A stretch of DNA of 64,000 bases from Gekko japonicus (taxonomy: Eukaryota): NCBI RefSeq assembly GCF_001447785.1, contig NW_015172027.1:339843-403842 (forward strand), read 5' to 3'. Position numbers and translations under genes: made by a program. Under the pieces are notes generated by a model, which worked only from the letters and a program-made list of their open reading frames with translations, had not been told where the DNA came from and did not search any database. Positions 1 through 11,793 of the stretch are shown in pieces (the stretch's first letter is position 1; each line of letters opens with the position of its first letter).

Positions 1-129
1 GATTGGCACCTAACGCCTAACCACGGGACCTCAACAGGACATCTGATTGGGCTGCCGCGTGTTTCTTTGTTTCAAGGCAAACAGCCATGCCCCCCCCGCA
101 TTTTCCAGACCATGTGACCGGGGCCTAAG

Positions 130-736
130 TACAGTTTAAATTGTGGAAAAAAGATTGCTCTTCTGTGTTGTAGTTAGTAAGTGACCTTAATAAGGTGTAG
201 ACTATATGGAATATCTATAAAAGCTACATTTCAAAACTTTTAAGTAAAATCTGGTCATCTTATAATTAATGAATTAACATGGGTGTAATTGGGTGTATTG
301 TGATAATTGTGATAATAATTTGTAGTCATAATTTGATTTTTAAAAATTAATTGTATCTTTATTGCATATTTATAGTTCGTTGATTGAGATAAATGTTTAA
401 ATGGCAAAGAAAAGAAGGAATATTAATGGTCTCGCTCTTAAGGAATTTCAATAGAAATTGGATAGTGATTACTTTAAATAATAACAGTGTCAGGTAAGGG
501 GATAATTAATTGTCTAGGTTTCTTGTTTTTGGCTCTGTGCTAGATAATCTGAAAAAATTATTAAATATAATACGGGAGTAAAAAGGTATGAAATGCGCGA
601 TTTGAAACTTTATTGGAATAATATTATTTTTAAGAGATTAATTAATCTACCAACAACTATTTGTAGATGTTCCTAAAATATGTATATGTATTTCTCTCTC
701 TCTTTTTTTGGAAATATAATAAAAAGATTAAAAAAT
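130..736 (+). mobile_element. Decayed L1-like 3' end/3' UTR
   Basis: AT-rich tract ending in AATAAA (~718) and an A-rich tail; composition resembles the other L1 3' ends in the window. No intact ORF. Confidence 0.35.
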
Positions 737-3650
737 GCTAATAGGACTAGTCAGAGATTATGGGATCATCAGGATCTTTATCCCTCTATCTAGAAATGTA
801 GCATCTAGCAGTGAACAGAGTTTTGGAGGTTGAAAATCCTATAGAATCTTTTCCTGGAGACTTCAGGAAAAGCTTCTTTGATGTGTCCTGCCTTGGCCAG
901 GGGTGGGCAAACAGAGATGTTAAAACTCCTTAGAAGGGACTCTTTGGTGCTGATTCCATCTGCGAGGCAGGAGATCTTTTACCTGAGCTTCTGCTGAAGG
1001 TGGCCATTGTCATGAGGAGGGCTGCAGGCGTCAGCAGAGGCTCTGAGTTAACAGGAACCCTTTAGAACCATTGTAACGTTTAAAGTAAGGCGCCTGAATA
1101 GATTAACATCAGCTAGGGCATGTACAGAAAGAGGAGCTGTGTGTTTATAATGTTCTTTTGGATCCTTTTGGATCCCTTGCTCACTCTGTTGCTGTGCTGA
1201 GAGTATGTGTGTGGGAATTTCATTTTTAACGTTTTATAACTTTTCATGCTGGGAGCTGTTTTCTGTACCACATAGATCTCCAATGTTTTGGGCAGCTATT
1301 TTTTTAAAAGCACCAGGAGAAGTTGCTACTCCCCCAGTGGTGGGCAAGTGCAATAAGCTGTCTGTGTGGTAAGGAGACACTGAGTCAAAATAAAAACAGA
1401 CATGAAGGTGATACTTGTAAAAAAGGCATTGCTTTGAACTATTTTTAAATCTTTCATTTTTCAATTCAATACATCCCATTTCAGACTCAGAAATTTATTA
1501 TGATCATAGATGAGAATAAAACATAAACATAGCAATCATAAAAGTAAATACAAAATGGTATTATAGTTATTTAAAATCATTATATAAATTAATAATACTA
1601 TATCACCCTATAATACAAAGTTTTATCTTTTAAAAGGGGGAGAAACCAAAATATTGGGAGGAGCACACATGAACGTAATACTTGCCCTGTCTACCTTACC
1701 ACGCCCATCCTCAGCACTCTACTCACCCCCCCATCCTTGGGGCTTTACCACCCTCACCCTCCATGCTCTACCTCCCTACTCCCACCCTCACTGCTCTGCC
1801 TAACCACTGTGCCCTCATCCCTTCTCTTACTTAGTTACTGCGGTAGCACTGCAGTAACTCTCCTATCTGGCTGGCCATCTAGATACCTGTCACATTAATC
1901 TAGATACCTGTCACATTAATTCACAGCCTCAACTATGGAAGTTCCCAGCCTTCTTGGCTGCTTCTCCACTCAGTGGTGGTAGTGCCACTGCCAGCCCACA
2001 CGTCCAGCTGCCTGTCTAGCTGGGTTGTCACCTTGAAGCAGCAACATGAACTCCCCTGCCTGCCTATTATGTTACCCAAAAGGGGCTGTCTCCTATTTTT
2101 GATTGGTGGAATTAGCAACTGAGACAGTGCAAGAGGGGGCAACCGAGATCTTCACCTATGTCTATGGGGATTGGTCCCTAGGGAAAACTCTCAAAAATGA
2201 ATCAGGCTGAAATTCAACCAGAAAAGTTTTTTTTAATTGTTATTGGAAAATAATTTAAAGAGAAGAACACATGCACAAGACACACCGAAAAAATACACAA
2301 GCTATCTAAGAGGGAAATAAAGTAAGGGGTGGGGAGAAAGTGATTTTGGGCCGATTCCGCACCAGTGCTTTACTTTCCTTCCCCCCTAGGTCTAATTGGC
2401 CCGATTCTATGTGCGCACTTCCACATTATGGAAATCTGACATGGGTTTATCCTGGGTGTTCATTTCTGCATGTGCCTTGCCCCGAATCTAGTGCCCCCTC
2501 CCCTGTCTTCCCCCTCCTTTTTTAAATGGAGGCGGGGTTGCATTGTAACACACCCGCCCACTGGGAAACTGGCATGCTTTACACATGCGTCGGTGCGTTG
2601 TGATGTATCCACCCACTGAAACAACCGTTGATCACGTAGGTGTTTGTTTGCGCAAGCGTGGCCGCGTCACAATGCAACCAACCCACAATTGGTTCCGTAG
2701 ATTTTTGAAATTAAAACCCCGGGAAAATAAGATAAAAAGAAATACCACCAACATCGATTGTGCATGCGTGGTTGCGTGTGTGGTTGCATTGTAACACAAC
2801 CAAAATTGGTCCCTTTAATTCTTGAACCTCAATGCCCGTGAAAAGCATCCATTGAATCTAGGTGCCACCAGCAACCTTCGTCGCCATCATGTCTTCTAGG
2901 TGAGTGAGAGTGGTAGGAGTTCTCCTGTCTCTGTTGAAGGTGATTATGCTCAGCCTGACTTCCTCAATCTATTTTTCACTGTTGTCAGAAGATCACGGTG
3001 GAGTAGAAGATATCTCCATGATCTGCAGTCTTCTGCCTTGTACAGATGTGTTTGTGATCTAGGCCATCATTTATTAGCATCTCGTTGCCAGTGTCAGAGA
3101 TGGCATGCGCTTGCTGGGATGCAGTTTCCCTGGCGTTACTGGGTTTCCCCAAGGAATTCGGACTGGTGGGCAAACTTTGTTGCCCCCCAAGTCGGAATAA
3201 CGAGGCAGACACTAGTGCTGGGTTTAACTATTGGGCCACTTTATTAAATAACAACTTTAAATAAACCACCAACGGCAAGGGCAAGACAGTTTAGCGGTAT
3301 GGACAAGGCCAGAGGTCTGTGACCCCTCCCTTATCTCGTGACATTGGGCGAGCCACCCTGCCCCAAGCGTTAGCCATCAGCAATGGCTTTCCCCCGGCGG
3401 CTGCCATTACTGGACAACCCCGCAGACCCAACCCCCGAGCCGCTAGGCTCAAAGAGCTGACTCAATCAGGGCGTTCCCGAAGGCAGTCAGTTTTCCCCGC
3501 CCCGTGCCGCAAGGCACAAAGACTGTACTCACCGACTCCTTCATCTCCAAATAATGGGTATCGGCTGGTGCTCACCGTACCGCAAACTGAATTCCGCCTA
3601 TAACCCTGCCACCGCTGAGGCCAAGCCTCTGCTTAGGCCTCCGCGCCCAT

Positions 3651-4225
3651 CTAGATACCTAGGGCCCCTCGCAGCCCTTGCCGTAAATCTTCCAAAAAGA
3701 TGTCCATCCCTTTTTCAGACAAATGGACCCCATCCTGTCTATAAAATGCATCACACCCTGCGTGTAAAACCGGGTGTGGCAAAAAGGCACCAAGGCCGCC
3801 CTCCAATGCGCGCTGTATCTCTCTGTTGGCCTTCCGGCGAGCCTTATCAATTGCTAATGGACTCAATGCTCCACGCCATACCTGGTGGGGTATCATGGCC
3901 GACCACACTATTTTAGTATGCGGCCATCGTCGAAGGATAAACTTAAAGTCCTCGCATGCCTGCAGGACCAACGCCTTGCCCTTTATCAAGCCTAAATCAT
4001 TCCCCCCCAAATGTATAACTAAAACGTGGGGTGGAAGCCCAGTCCTCTAGTGAAACAGCAACTTCAACAGGCCATGCCACTGTAGGCCACGACGACCCAG
4101 CCATTCCACAGTGGCCCATTGGCTAAGGCCCAACTGGGAACCAATCGTCGTCCGTCTGGCGCGGTGGGCTGCCCAAAAAACAAAACTGTGCCCGCAGACT
4201 AGAACCGTCTTCCTCCCCTGCCGGG
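3651..4225 (-). CDS. SGNH/GDSL hydrolase exon of the Ngaro element, with one in-frame TAG at 4049-4047
   Basis: ORFs 4047-4262 and 3651-4010 share a frame. Blocks VCGHS (Ser), WLGRRG (Gly), LGGND (Asn), DGVH (Asp/His). No ATG; preceded by branch point CTAAC (4256-4252), a pyrimidine tract and TAG acceptor (AG 4227-4226). Confidence 0.85.
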
Positions 4226-4320
4226 CTAGAACACATAAAACAGAAAACACAGTTAGAACCACAAAAGGTGAGGGGAGGGATCAATGAAAGCCCCCCCCAT
4301 GCACAACCTGCTGGATGGAG

Positions 4321-5238
4321 TTAATTATCCCCCAAAGGGCGCACATATGATTTATAGGCAGCAGAATGCCACCTCCCCAGCCGTTGAATGTCACGCGCTG
4401 GGTACCCCATTGCTGCAGCTGTAGAAGCAGCCCCAATACGGAAAGAGTGGGTGCAGAAACGCCTCCCAGACAGCCCCAACCTGACTAAAGCCCTTGTGGT
4501 GACAGACCAAAATTGGTGTTTTGTTAGGGGCGTGCCGTCCTGATGTTGAAACAACTCACCAGCCCGTAACCCCCTCACAGAAAGGTAAGATGCCACCGCC
4601 GCCACTGGGCACAGCTCCTTCTCCGCACAAGCACCCAGCTCTACAACCTTCCCCCGCTGCTGGTGGTCTGTTTTGGAACGCCTTAGCGTAATAGAGACCA
4701 TGACCGCGCTCAGCCTCACATCTTGAACCTGCAAAGCCCTTCTTGTAACATCATTTTTCGATTGGGCGACTAGTTCGCTAATGCGGAATGCCCCAAAGAA
4801 AGCCAAGAGGGCCGCCGCATGAAACAGCGATTCCTCAAAATCAGATGAACAAACTGTGTTCCAAGTGGCCTGCAGTCCCCTAAGAACATCCGGAGAGATG
4901 GGCTCCCAACGATCAACCTGTAATCCAGCCTCATGTGACCAACCCTCCAGGGTTTTGCGGATTTGAAAATTGCCCGTATAATCAGCACACCCTCTCGCTT
5001 TGCTGGCATAAGCAACTGCCGCTAACTTCCCTTTTATCGAGCTGATTGACAAGCCCTTACCTTTTGCCGTCACACAGAAGTGTAAAAGATGATCCACAGG
5101 AACAGGCCATAAGCAAGGATACCCTACCTCCTGTCTAATGTCAGAAAATTGAGCGACCGCACGGTCGTAAGCCCTCTTGGTACTTGGCGCAATGGCTATT
5201 CCTATCGCCCTGTTCACTTCCGCCTTCCAACCAACCAT
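4321..5238 (-). CDS. Tyrosine recombinase (305 aa)
   Basis: Catalytic motifs FFGAFRISEL (R), SKTD (K), HSFRIGAA (HxxR), LGRW...YKSY (Y); overlaps the RT/RNase H 3' end. Confidence 0.95.
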   Translation of the reverse strand: MVGWKAEVNRAIGIAIAPSTKRAYDRAVAQFSDIRQEVGYPCLWPVPVDHLLHFCVTAKGKGLSISSIKGKLAAVAYASKARGCADYTGNFQIRKTLEGWSHEAGLQVDRWEPISPDVLRGLQATWNTVCSSDFEESLFHAAALLAFFGAFRISELVAQSKNDVTRRALQVQDVRLSAVMVSITLRRSKTDHQQRGKVVELGACAEKELCPVAAVASYLSVRGLRAGELFQHQDGTPLTKHQFWSVTTRALVRLGLSGRRFCTHSFRIGAASTAAAMGYPARDIQRLGRWHSAAYKSYVRPLGDN

Positions 5239-7037
5239 AGCCCTGGTGGCATCCGCACCGGATGGAGGTCGGCGTCTGGGGCCAGCTGACGAAACCTCTC
5301 CATCTGTTTACGAAAGAGAGCGTCAGCCACCCCATTGTCAACCCCGGGTACCTGCCTGGCAAAAAACAGAATGTTCAGCTGGAGGCAATGAAGTGTAAAG
5401 GCCCTAACTAACTGCATAACCCGCGGGGACCTAGAAGATAGGGAATTAATGACCTGCACCACCACCAGGTTGTCGCACCAAAAGTGCACAGTGTGGTTGG
5501 CCAAATCCTCCCCCCACAGGTGAACCGCAACCAGTATGGGAAAAAACTCCAGGAAGGTGAGATCAGCTGTCAGCCCTTCGGCCGCCCAGGACACTGGCCA
5601 ATCTTCAGCGCACCAGTGCCCCCGGAAAAAGACACCAAAGCCCGATGACCCGGCCGAGTCCGAGTGAACTTGCAGTTCAGCTTCCAACTTAAGGTCATCC
5701 CTCCAAAAAGAAATGCCATTGAAGGAATTAAGAAATTCCAGCCACACTTCCAAATCCTGGCGCATGCCCGCAGTAATACGGAGCCTATGATGAGGGAGTT
5801 GTAGCCCTGCCATTGAGACACACAATCTGCGCAAAAAAGCCCGTCCAGGCGCCACCACCCTGCAGGCAAAATTCAAATGGCCTACAAGCTGTTGTAACTC
5901 CTTCAAAGTTGTCTTCCTTTTGCCTAAAAAACTTCCAATACGGCTGCGCAAATCCTCGAGCTTAACCGTTGTCAGCCAGGAAGCCTGCGCTACTGAATCC
6001 AGTTCCACCCCAAGGAAAGTGAGCACTTGTGCAGGGCCCTCTGTCTTTTCTTGCGCTAGTGGTACCCCAAGATCGTCAGCCAACGTCATAAATGCTAATA
6101 ACAACTGCTCACAACAACCCGACCCCTGGGGACCCACAAACAAAAAATCATCCAAATAGTGCGCAACCGAGCTGACTCCAGTACGGGCACGGAGAGCCCA
6201 CTCCAAGAAGGAACTAAATCGCTCAAAGGCAGCGCACGAAATGGAACAACCCATAGGCAATGCCCTATCCATATAAAACTTGCCCTCAAAACAAAACCCC
6301 AAGAGCTCAAAATCAGACGGGTGCACCGGAAGAAGGCGAAATGCTGACTTAATGTCGCATTTTGCCATCTCTGCTCCCATCCCACAACGACGAACAATGC
6401 GCACCGCCTGGTCAAAGGAAGTGTACCGAACCGAGCACAATTCCTCCGGGATGGCATCGTTAACAGAGCCGCCTTTGGGATAAGAGAGATGGTGAATGAG
6501 CCTGAACTCCCCAGGCGTCTTCTTGGGCACAATGCCCAAAGGAGAGACCCTAAAGTTGGGAACAGGAGGGGCAAGGAAAGGCCCCAATACCCTTCCTTCT
6601 TGAAGCTCCTTTGCAATCTTTTTCTTAACTATATGCTCCATACCCTGCACTGACCGGAGATTACTAGCCATGTAAGGAACCCTCTCGCCTTGGTAAGGAA
6701 TATGAAAACCTTGAGAAAAACCTTGCAACAAGTATATCTTATCTGAGCGTCAAGGATAACTGCGCAACAGGCGCTCAAGCACTCTCAACTTTATGGGCGT
6801 TGGCCCCCTTTCCATGCGACTGCCCTTGTCCGCTCCCATCTGGCCTTCTGCGACCCCTACGGGACTTTCCGCGGAAACAAGCGGAGAAGGGGTGGGGCCC
6901 CGAGCACAAGGGACACTCGTGCCGATACTTGCATGGCTGTCTGTTACACACCCCTTGAGCCCCAAATTCCCAGCAGATCTGGCGGGGTTGAACCACCTGC
7001 CCCGCCTGGGGGCGGGGAGTAGAAGACACATGCCCAC
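5214..7037 (-). CDS. Ngaro reverse transcriptase/RNase H, with one in-frame TGA at 6752-6750
   Basis: ORFs 6750-7037 and 5214-6731 share a frame (TPIKL..LL.SYP*..D..YLLQGF..GF.IPY). RT motifs KCDIKSAF, LPMG, YLDD; RNase H acidic residues DSAG, LEFFP, WCDN, VADAL. Confidence 0.92.
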
Positions 7038-8172
7038 GGTTCACCAAATGACCACTATGCGATCTCTCCCCCGTGTTTGGCCTAGAAGAGGCCATAACCT
7101 GTAGCCACAGGTGAGGGTGTATCTGATCCCATCGTAACGTGGGATTCATGGCCGCCCGCATCCTAAACTCCTCATCATACTGGAGCCCGGCGGGTCCCGT
7201 AAAACCTGTGTACCCCTTGTAAATTATATCCAAATACTGGAACAAGGATGCTGCTCTTACTGGCTGTGCTTTTGAAAGTACCCCTGCATATATGATAAAA
7301 CCTGCTACCCAATTAGCCCAGTTTCTATCAACCTTCATCCTTTTATACTTTTCTTTGTCCCTTTCCTCAAGATCCTCCTTCTCCTTTTTTTCCAGCTCTC
7401 GGTATAGAAGCGAAAAGAAATCTACGTATTCACCCCTGCAAATCTTATCTCTGGTAGCAGACAACAGATGATCGCCCAAAGGGAGTGCCAAGTCCCCAAA
7501 TGGGAGGGCCGTGGCAGACGTTGCAGCATAAGAGCCTCCATAAGGTGATGGGCCCCCCCACCAAGGCATTTCCAACAGGTCGCATGGCTGCAGCAATGCC
7601 GCCCTACAAACCGATGGGGAAGAGCCAAGCGATACCGTGCCACCACATGTATGCCCACAAGCCTGGCTACATACCAATGTGTTCTGGGGGAATGTTAATG
7701 AACTGCCCTCTGTTGGGTTGCCCCAGGGCCAACTACCCCTTGTGTGTTGTACCCCTGACTTACCAGCGGCCGACGATGGGCCGGCCATGGCATCCATCAT
7801 CCGTTGTTGCTCCACAGCCACCACTATACCAGCCGCTCCTTGGTCTGGCTGCACCGAAGAACCTTCTCTGCCCTCTACCTGCGTAGCAGTGCGCCTTTCT
7901 ACGAGAGACAAGCGCGTTAAAACTTCCACCTGAAAACGTTTATTGGCAGCAGCACGTGTTTCTTTTTGACCCCGAGTGCCGACACCCGGCGGAACCCGTG
8001 GAGTGGAAACACCTGTGGCCTTTTCAACTGCCAGAAGATGAGCCAAAATGGCTTGCCGCACTTCATCCTCCTCTTCATCACTAGAAGATGGAGCCGGGGC
8101 CGGCCGTTTCGGAGGTGCCTTTGGCGCTGGCTGCTTACCTTTGGACCGGCCTGACCCTTTTTTGGGTGCCAT
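6775..8172 (-). CDS. Ngaro gag-like ORF1 (465 aa)
   Basis: Open frame from ATG; basic N-terminus; C-terminal Cys/His finger CWEFGAQGVCNRQPCKYRHECPLCSGPHPFSAC; YDEEFR motif typical of YR-retrotransposon gag. Confidence 0.88.
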   Translation of the reverse strand: MAPKKGSGRSKGKQPAPKAPPKRPAPAPSSSDEEEDEVRQAILAHLLAVEKATGVSTPRVPPGVGTRGQKETRAAANKRFQVEVLTRLSLVERRTATQVEGREGSSVQPDQGAAGIVVAVEQQRMMDAMAGPSSAAGKSGVQHTRGSWPWGNPTEGSSLTFPQNTLVCSQACGHTCGGTVSLGSSPSVCRAALLQPCDLLEMPWWGGPSPYGGSYAATSATALPFGDLALPLGDHLLSATRDKICRGEYVDFFSLLYRELEKKEKEDLEERDKEKYKRMKVDRNWANWVAGFIIYAGVLSKAQPVRAASLFQYLDIIYKGYTGFTGPAGLQYDEEFRMRAAMNPTLRWDQIHPHLWLQVMASSRPNTGERSHSGHLVNRGHVSSTPRPQAGQVVQPRQICWEFGAQGVCNRQPCKYRHECPLCSGPHPFSACFRGKSRRGRRRPDGSGQGQSHGKGANAHKVESA

Positions 8173-8248
8173 AACTAAGCCTGAGCATGCCCCAACTGTA
8201 GAAAGTCACTCTAGCCCAAAGCAGCTATCCTTAATAATATAGCCAAAA

Positions 8249-8352
8249 CTATGGCTTGCCCAAGGTCATCCAGCAGCTGCAAGTGGAGGCGTGGTGAACC
8301 AAATCCGGTGCTCCCAGGTCAGGGTCCACACACAGACCACTACACCAGTTGG
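8249..8352 (-). mobile_element. tRNA-derived SINE head (Squam3-like) inside the Ngaro leader
   Basis: Aligns by eye to 32443-32546 (ATGGCTTGCCCAAGGTCATCCAG...ACCACTACACCA); box A-like TGGTGTAGTGG on the minus strand. Confidence 0.7.
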
Positions 8353-9424
8353 TGGCAAAGCGAAAGTAAGCTACCTCTCCAACCACAAAATGGCCGCCAC
8401 AAACCAGAAGCAATAAGATGGCCGCCAGTCCCGCCAAAATTGATACCAAGCCTTGCGGGGCAATGTAATTGCAGGCGCCAGCCCAGTCCTACTATGACCT
8501 ACAGGGGCCACTGGGTTCGCACACCCCTCAAAATCCCTCATGCCCCTGTAAAGGAGGGGCACCTCAGGGAAAGGACGAAGGGGGGGTGGATGAGGGGGGG
8601 TGGGCTGAAGCCTGCCGCTGCCCACAGAGACCCTGGCTACCCCCCGCAGAAAGTCCCCGCTGTGCACTGGGCCCCACCGGAACTGGCCGCCGCCCGCAAA
8701 ACAACCGTTCCCCCCTTTTCCCAGGTTAGAGAGAGCCTCCGATTAAAGCCCCCGACAAGACAAAAGAAACGCCCGGCCGCGCTGCCCCCAGCCCGCGCGG
8801 GCCCGGCACTCAAACCGCCTGTCGCCTGAAGGCTATCGCTCCCGTTCCAGAGTGCCTCCTTCTCCACGCCGGTCCCATGCTGCTCCGTTCCGCTCTCAAG
8901 CCGCTGCTCCCGACCTCGCATCCTGCCGGAGGTTCCTCGCCCCCTGAACAGACACCGCACGAGGAGCTCTGTGCTGAAGCCCACCAGCCCCGCTACGGAG
9001 CTCCTCCTTCCCCGAGACCAACGCGGCACTGCTGAAGAGGGACGGAGGGGCCAGCTCTTAACTGCTCGGCCCCGCCTCCCTCTAAAACCCCGGATTAGCG
9101 CTTTTGGCGCCAGAATTGCCCGCCTCGTCCGACAGGGAGGCAAAGGCGCCTCCCCCAGCCCAACGGCCGCAAGGGCCACGGGCTGTTGGATCCGTATTCT
9201 CAGAGTCTGGAGCAATAAGCAGTGGTTGGAGCAATAAGCAGTGGAGCAATTTCAGAATGACCTGTTCAACTTTCATGGGGATTGTCTCTGTCCTGCAACC
9301 CAGGCTTCAATGGCAAACAACAAAGATGTGTTCACCAATTCCCACAGATAAGCGCATGGCTGCAGCCGTTTGGTACTTGGCAAACACAGACACCTACTGT
9401 GAAGTTGGTGAACAATTTGGAATT

Positions 9425-11424
9425 TTATGCTGGTTTATGGCCAGCACTCACCTCTCTTCAAAAACCAACTATGAGGCTGTGGCAAGGAGACTGGCCAGGA
9501 GGGGCTTTAATAGGACTCCAGATCAATGCCGTTCCAAATTTAAGAGACTGAAGTGTGACTTCATGGCCAGCCTGGAAGCCTGGGGGGGGGATCCCTCGTG
9601 CAAGTGGCCAAACACCACACCATGCAAAGATGGTGCAATTGTAGACCGATGGCAGGAGACCATGTTGGGAAGACAGACACCATGAGTGTGAGTCAACACA
9701 GATATCATTGGATTGTGAGAGCAGCAGTGTATAACAATGATTGGGCATAGACCATATATGATTTTAGAAATATTTTGAAGTTTAAATCCACAGCTGCCTT
9801 TAATGGCGAGTTAGGAGTGTTTAGGGTATTAGCTCTCCTACATGAACCTCACTGTTCAAAATACTGATGCTTGTGAAGTAATGTAAGTTGTGCACCCAAG
9901 CTCATACCCAGAACACAACTTGGTTGGTTGAAAGAGTGACTCACAACAGTGATCTACATTTGTTAATCTTCTTCAGACAAACATGGCGATAAAGAAATTG
10001 TCTTTTTAAACTGCTTGTCTAGGGATGAGGTTACATGGGTATACTTTCTAAACCAGATATTGAGTGACACATTGAATTTAATGACACAAGAGGTGGAGGG
10101 GGATGGACATGTATGGACATCCTCAAGAGCAAATTTGATACAGTTATGGTGCAGAGATCCATCAATTGCTATTGGCCACAGGGTTTAATTAGGGAATGTG
10201 TGGAAACTGATGCACTCAATTTTGGGTGCTTGGAGGGTGGTCCACAGTTAGAGGTTCTTGTGTCCAGTCATCCCTGGTGGCTCTGTTGATGGCACTTGGC
10301 AATTTTTGACCACTGTGCCTCATCTTGTGTTATGTTATGAACAAAGGGGGGAAATTAATGCTTCTTCCATTACTCTGAATGATTGCAGTGTGCCTAACTG
10401 CTTGGTATGAGAAGATAAACAAACAGTACACCACAAAATAAACATAACCAGCCCTGTTCTCAGAAGAGAGAAGAGGTAAATCAAATGCGGCCACACAGAT
10501 AGAAATAAATAGAAATAAAGTTTTATTACTGTGCGAATCACTGTCATATACCTAGGTGTTGTTTCCCCCCAAAAAAGGTGCGCTCTGTCCTGTATAAAGT
10601 AAGAGGGAGGTGGGACAGCAATTCTGGGTGAAAGATACCAAAATAGGCCGGGACGGCTTCAAACTTTCTTTCTCCTTGCATCATCACAGTGGCAGGGCAT
10701 TCCACGCCAACGTGACCCTGAGGAAGAACCACCACCACCAGCATCACCAGGGAAACAGGAAGGGGGACATGAAGTGGTGCAGGAAGAGACGGAAGAGGAG
10801 GACCCTGCGGGAGGCACCAGTCCACCAGCAGTGATGGCTGCAGCACCAGCTACTGTGAAATGAACGGCAGCATTACTAATGGCATGCACAGGAAGAACAA
10901 AAAAAGAATACCTGCACAAGAAATGCAGTGCTCATGGGGAAAAAACAGTGCTTCTAGGGCCATAGAGTTAAATAACAGTTAATGGTTGCCTAATTCCTTT
11001 TTTGACATAGATGTTGGAGTTGGAGGAAGACTACACTCTCCATCGGGTGAGGGGCCATCGACATATTTATCTAGTGGGGGGGGCATCTGCTGCGGTGAAT
11101 CCCCAAGAAGAGGAGTGGGCGGTGGTTCCAGAGAGTACGCTGGAAGCCATTCAGCATCTGGGGACATGCTGCCTCTCCACCAGTGAGCTCATGTTGACTT
11201 TTGAAGTAATATTTCTAGACTGCACTTATATCTATCAGTGAAAGCAACATTCATTCTACTTTTCTTTTCTTCTAGTGAGGGCATTTGGCGAACGCCTGGT
11301 CGCAGTTGAAAAAAGGCAAAGAAGAATGGAGTGGGAAAGAAGGGCACTGCGAGCCAGCCAAGCTGCAGAGAGAGGGTCCGGTGGTCCAGCTATGGGCAGT
11401 GCTGAGGGCACTCATAGTGCTTGA
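9425..11424 (+). pseudogene. Harbinger-associated Myb/SANT (trihelix) gene remnant 1, multi-exon
   Basis: NYEAVARRLARRGFNRTPDQCRSKFKRLK matches the trihelix RT..QCR.K.K.LK signature. Downstream exon-like blocks with AG/GT ends lie at ~11011-11182 and 11276-11424 (coiled-coil-like ERLVAVEKRQRRMEWERRAL). Confidence 0.65.
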
Positions 11425-11793
11425 GCACTGAAATGAACACTATTGGGGGGCGTTTGCATTGTATTGCTGTTATTATAAAATCATTTCCTGTTTTCACTGT
11501 TATTGTATTTAAAAAAACCTCAGAAACATTGTTTATCTATTTTTATGGTACTTATAGTGTTTATGGATACAGGGGTGGATCGCCATGCAGCACTGAGGGC
11601 AAACATTAATCTTGACAGAGAAAAGCTTCTTTGTGGCGTCACAGCGCGGAGGTTCCACCGACAATCCTATTCATTGAACATGAAACATTTCTTGGGTACT
11701 CGTGCACGCTTACTTGACCTACACTCATCCCCTGACCGCAGCATGCCAGGTGTCACAGTGGACAGCAGGGTTTGACTACTGCTAGCGGTGCTA

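Larger units (their letters stand above)
3194..9207 (-). mobile_element. Ngaro-type (DIRS order) tyrosine-recombinase retrotransposon, ~6.0 kb, near intact
   Basis: Order gag, RT/RNase H, YR, SGNH hydrolase with overlapping ORFs; no methyltransferase domain seen. AATAAA (plus TTTATT at 3240-3245) near the 3' end. Both ends abut the host transposase at a shared AGTC. Confidence 0.93.
2890..9424 (+). pseudogene. Harbinger transposase N-terminal remnant (pieces 2890-3193 and 9208-9424); DDE core deleted
   Basis: ORF 2900-3247 up to VAPQV joins WSNKQWLE at 9208 once the inserted element is removed. Motifs FRM.xSTF and KR.A.A.W.LA..D.Y..V..QFG are typical of HARBI1/Harbinger transposases. Confidence 0.75.

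Noticed and set aside
1-128. Possible Harbinger right terminus (...GTGACCGGGGCC followed by TAA)
   Set aside because: Partner TIR lies outside the window and it does not match the 2348 terminus; cannot be supported.
1234-1479. 81-aa ORF with an internal acceptor-like site
   Set aside because: No recognisable motif or partner exons.
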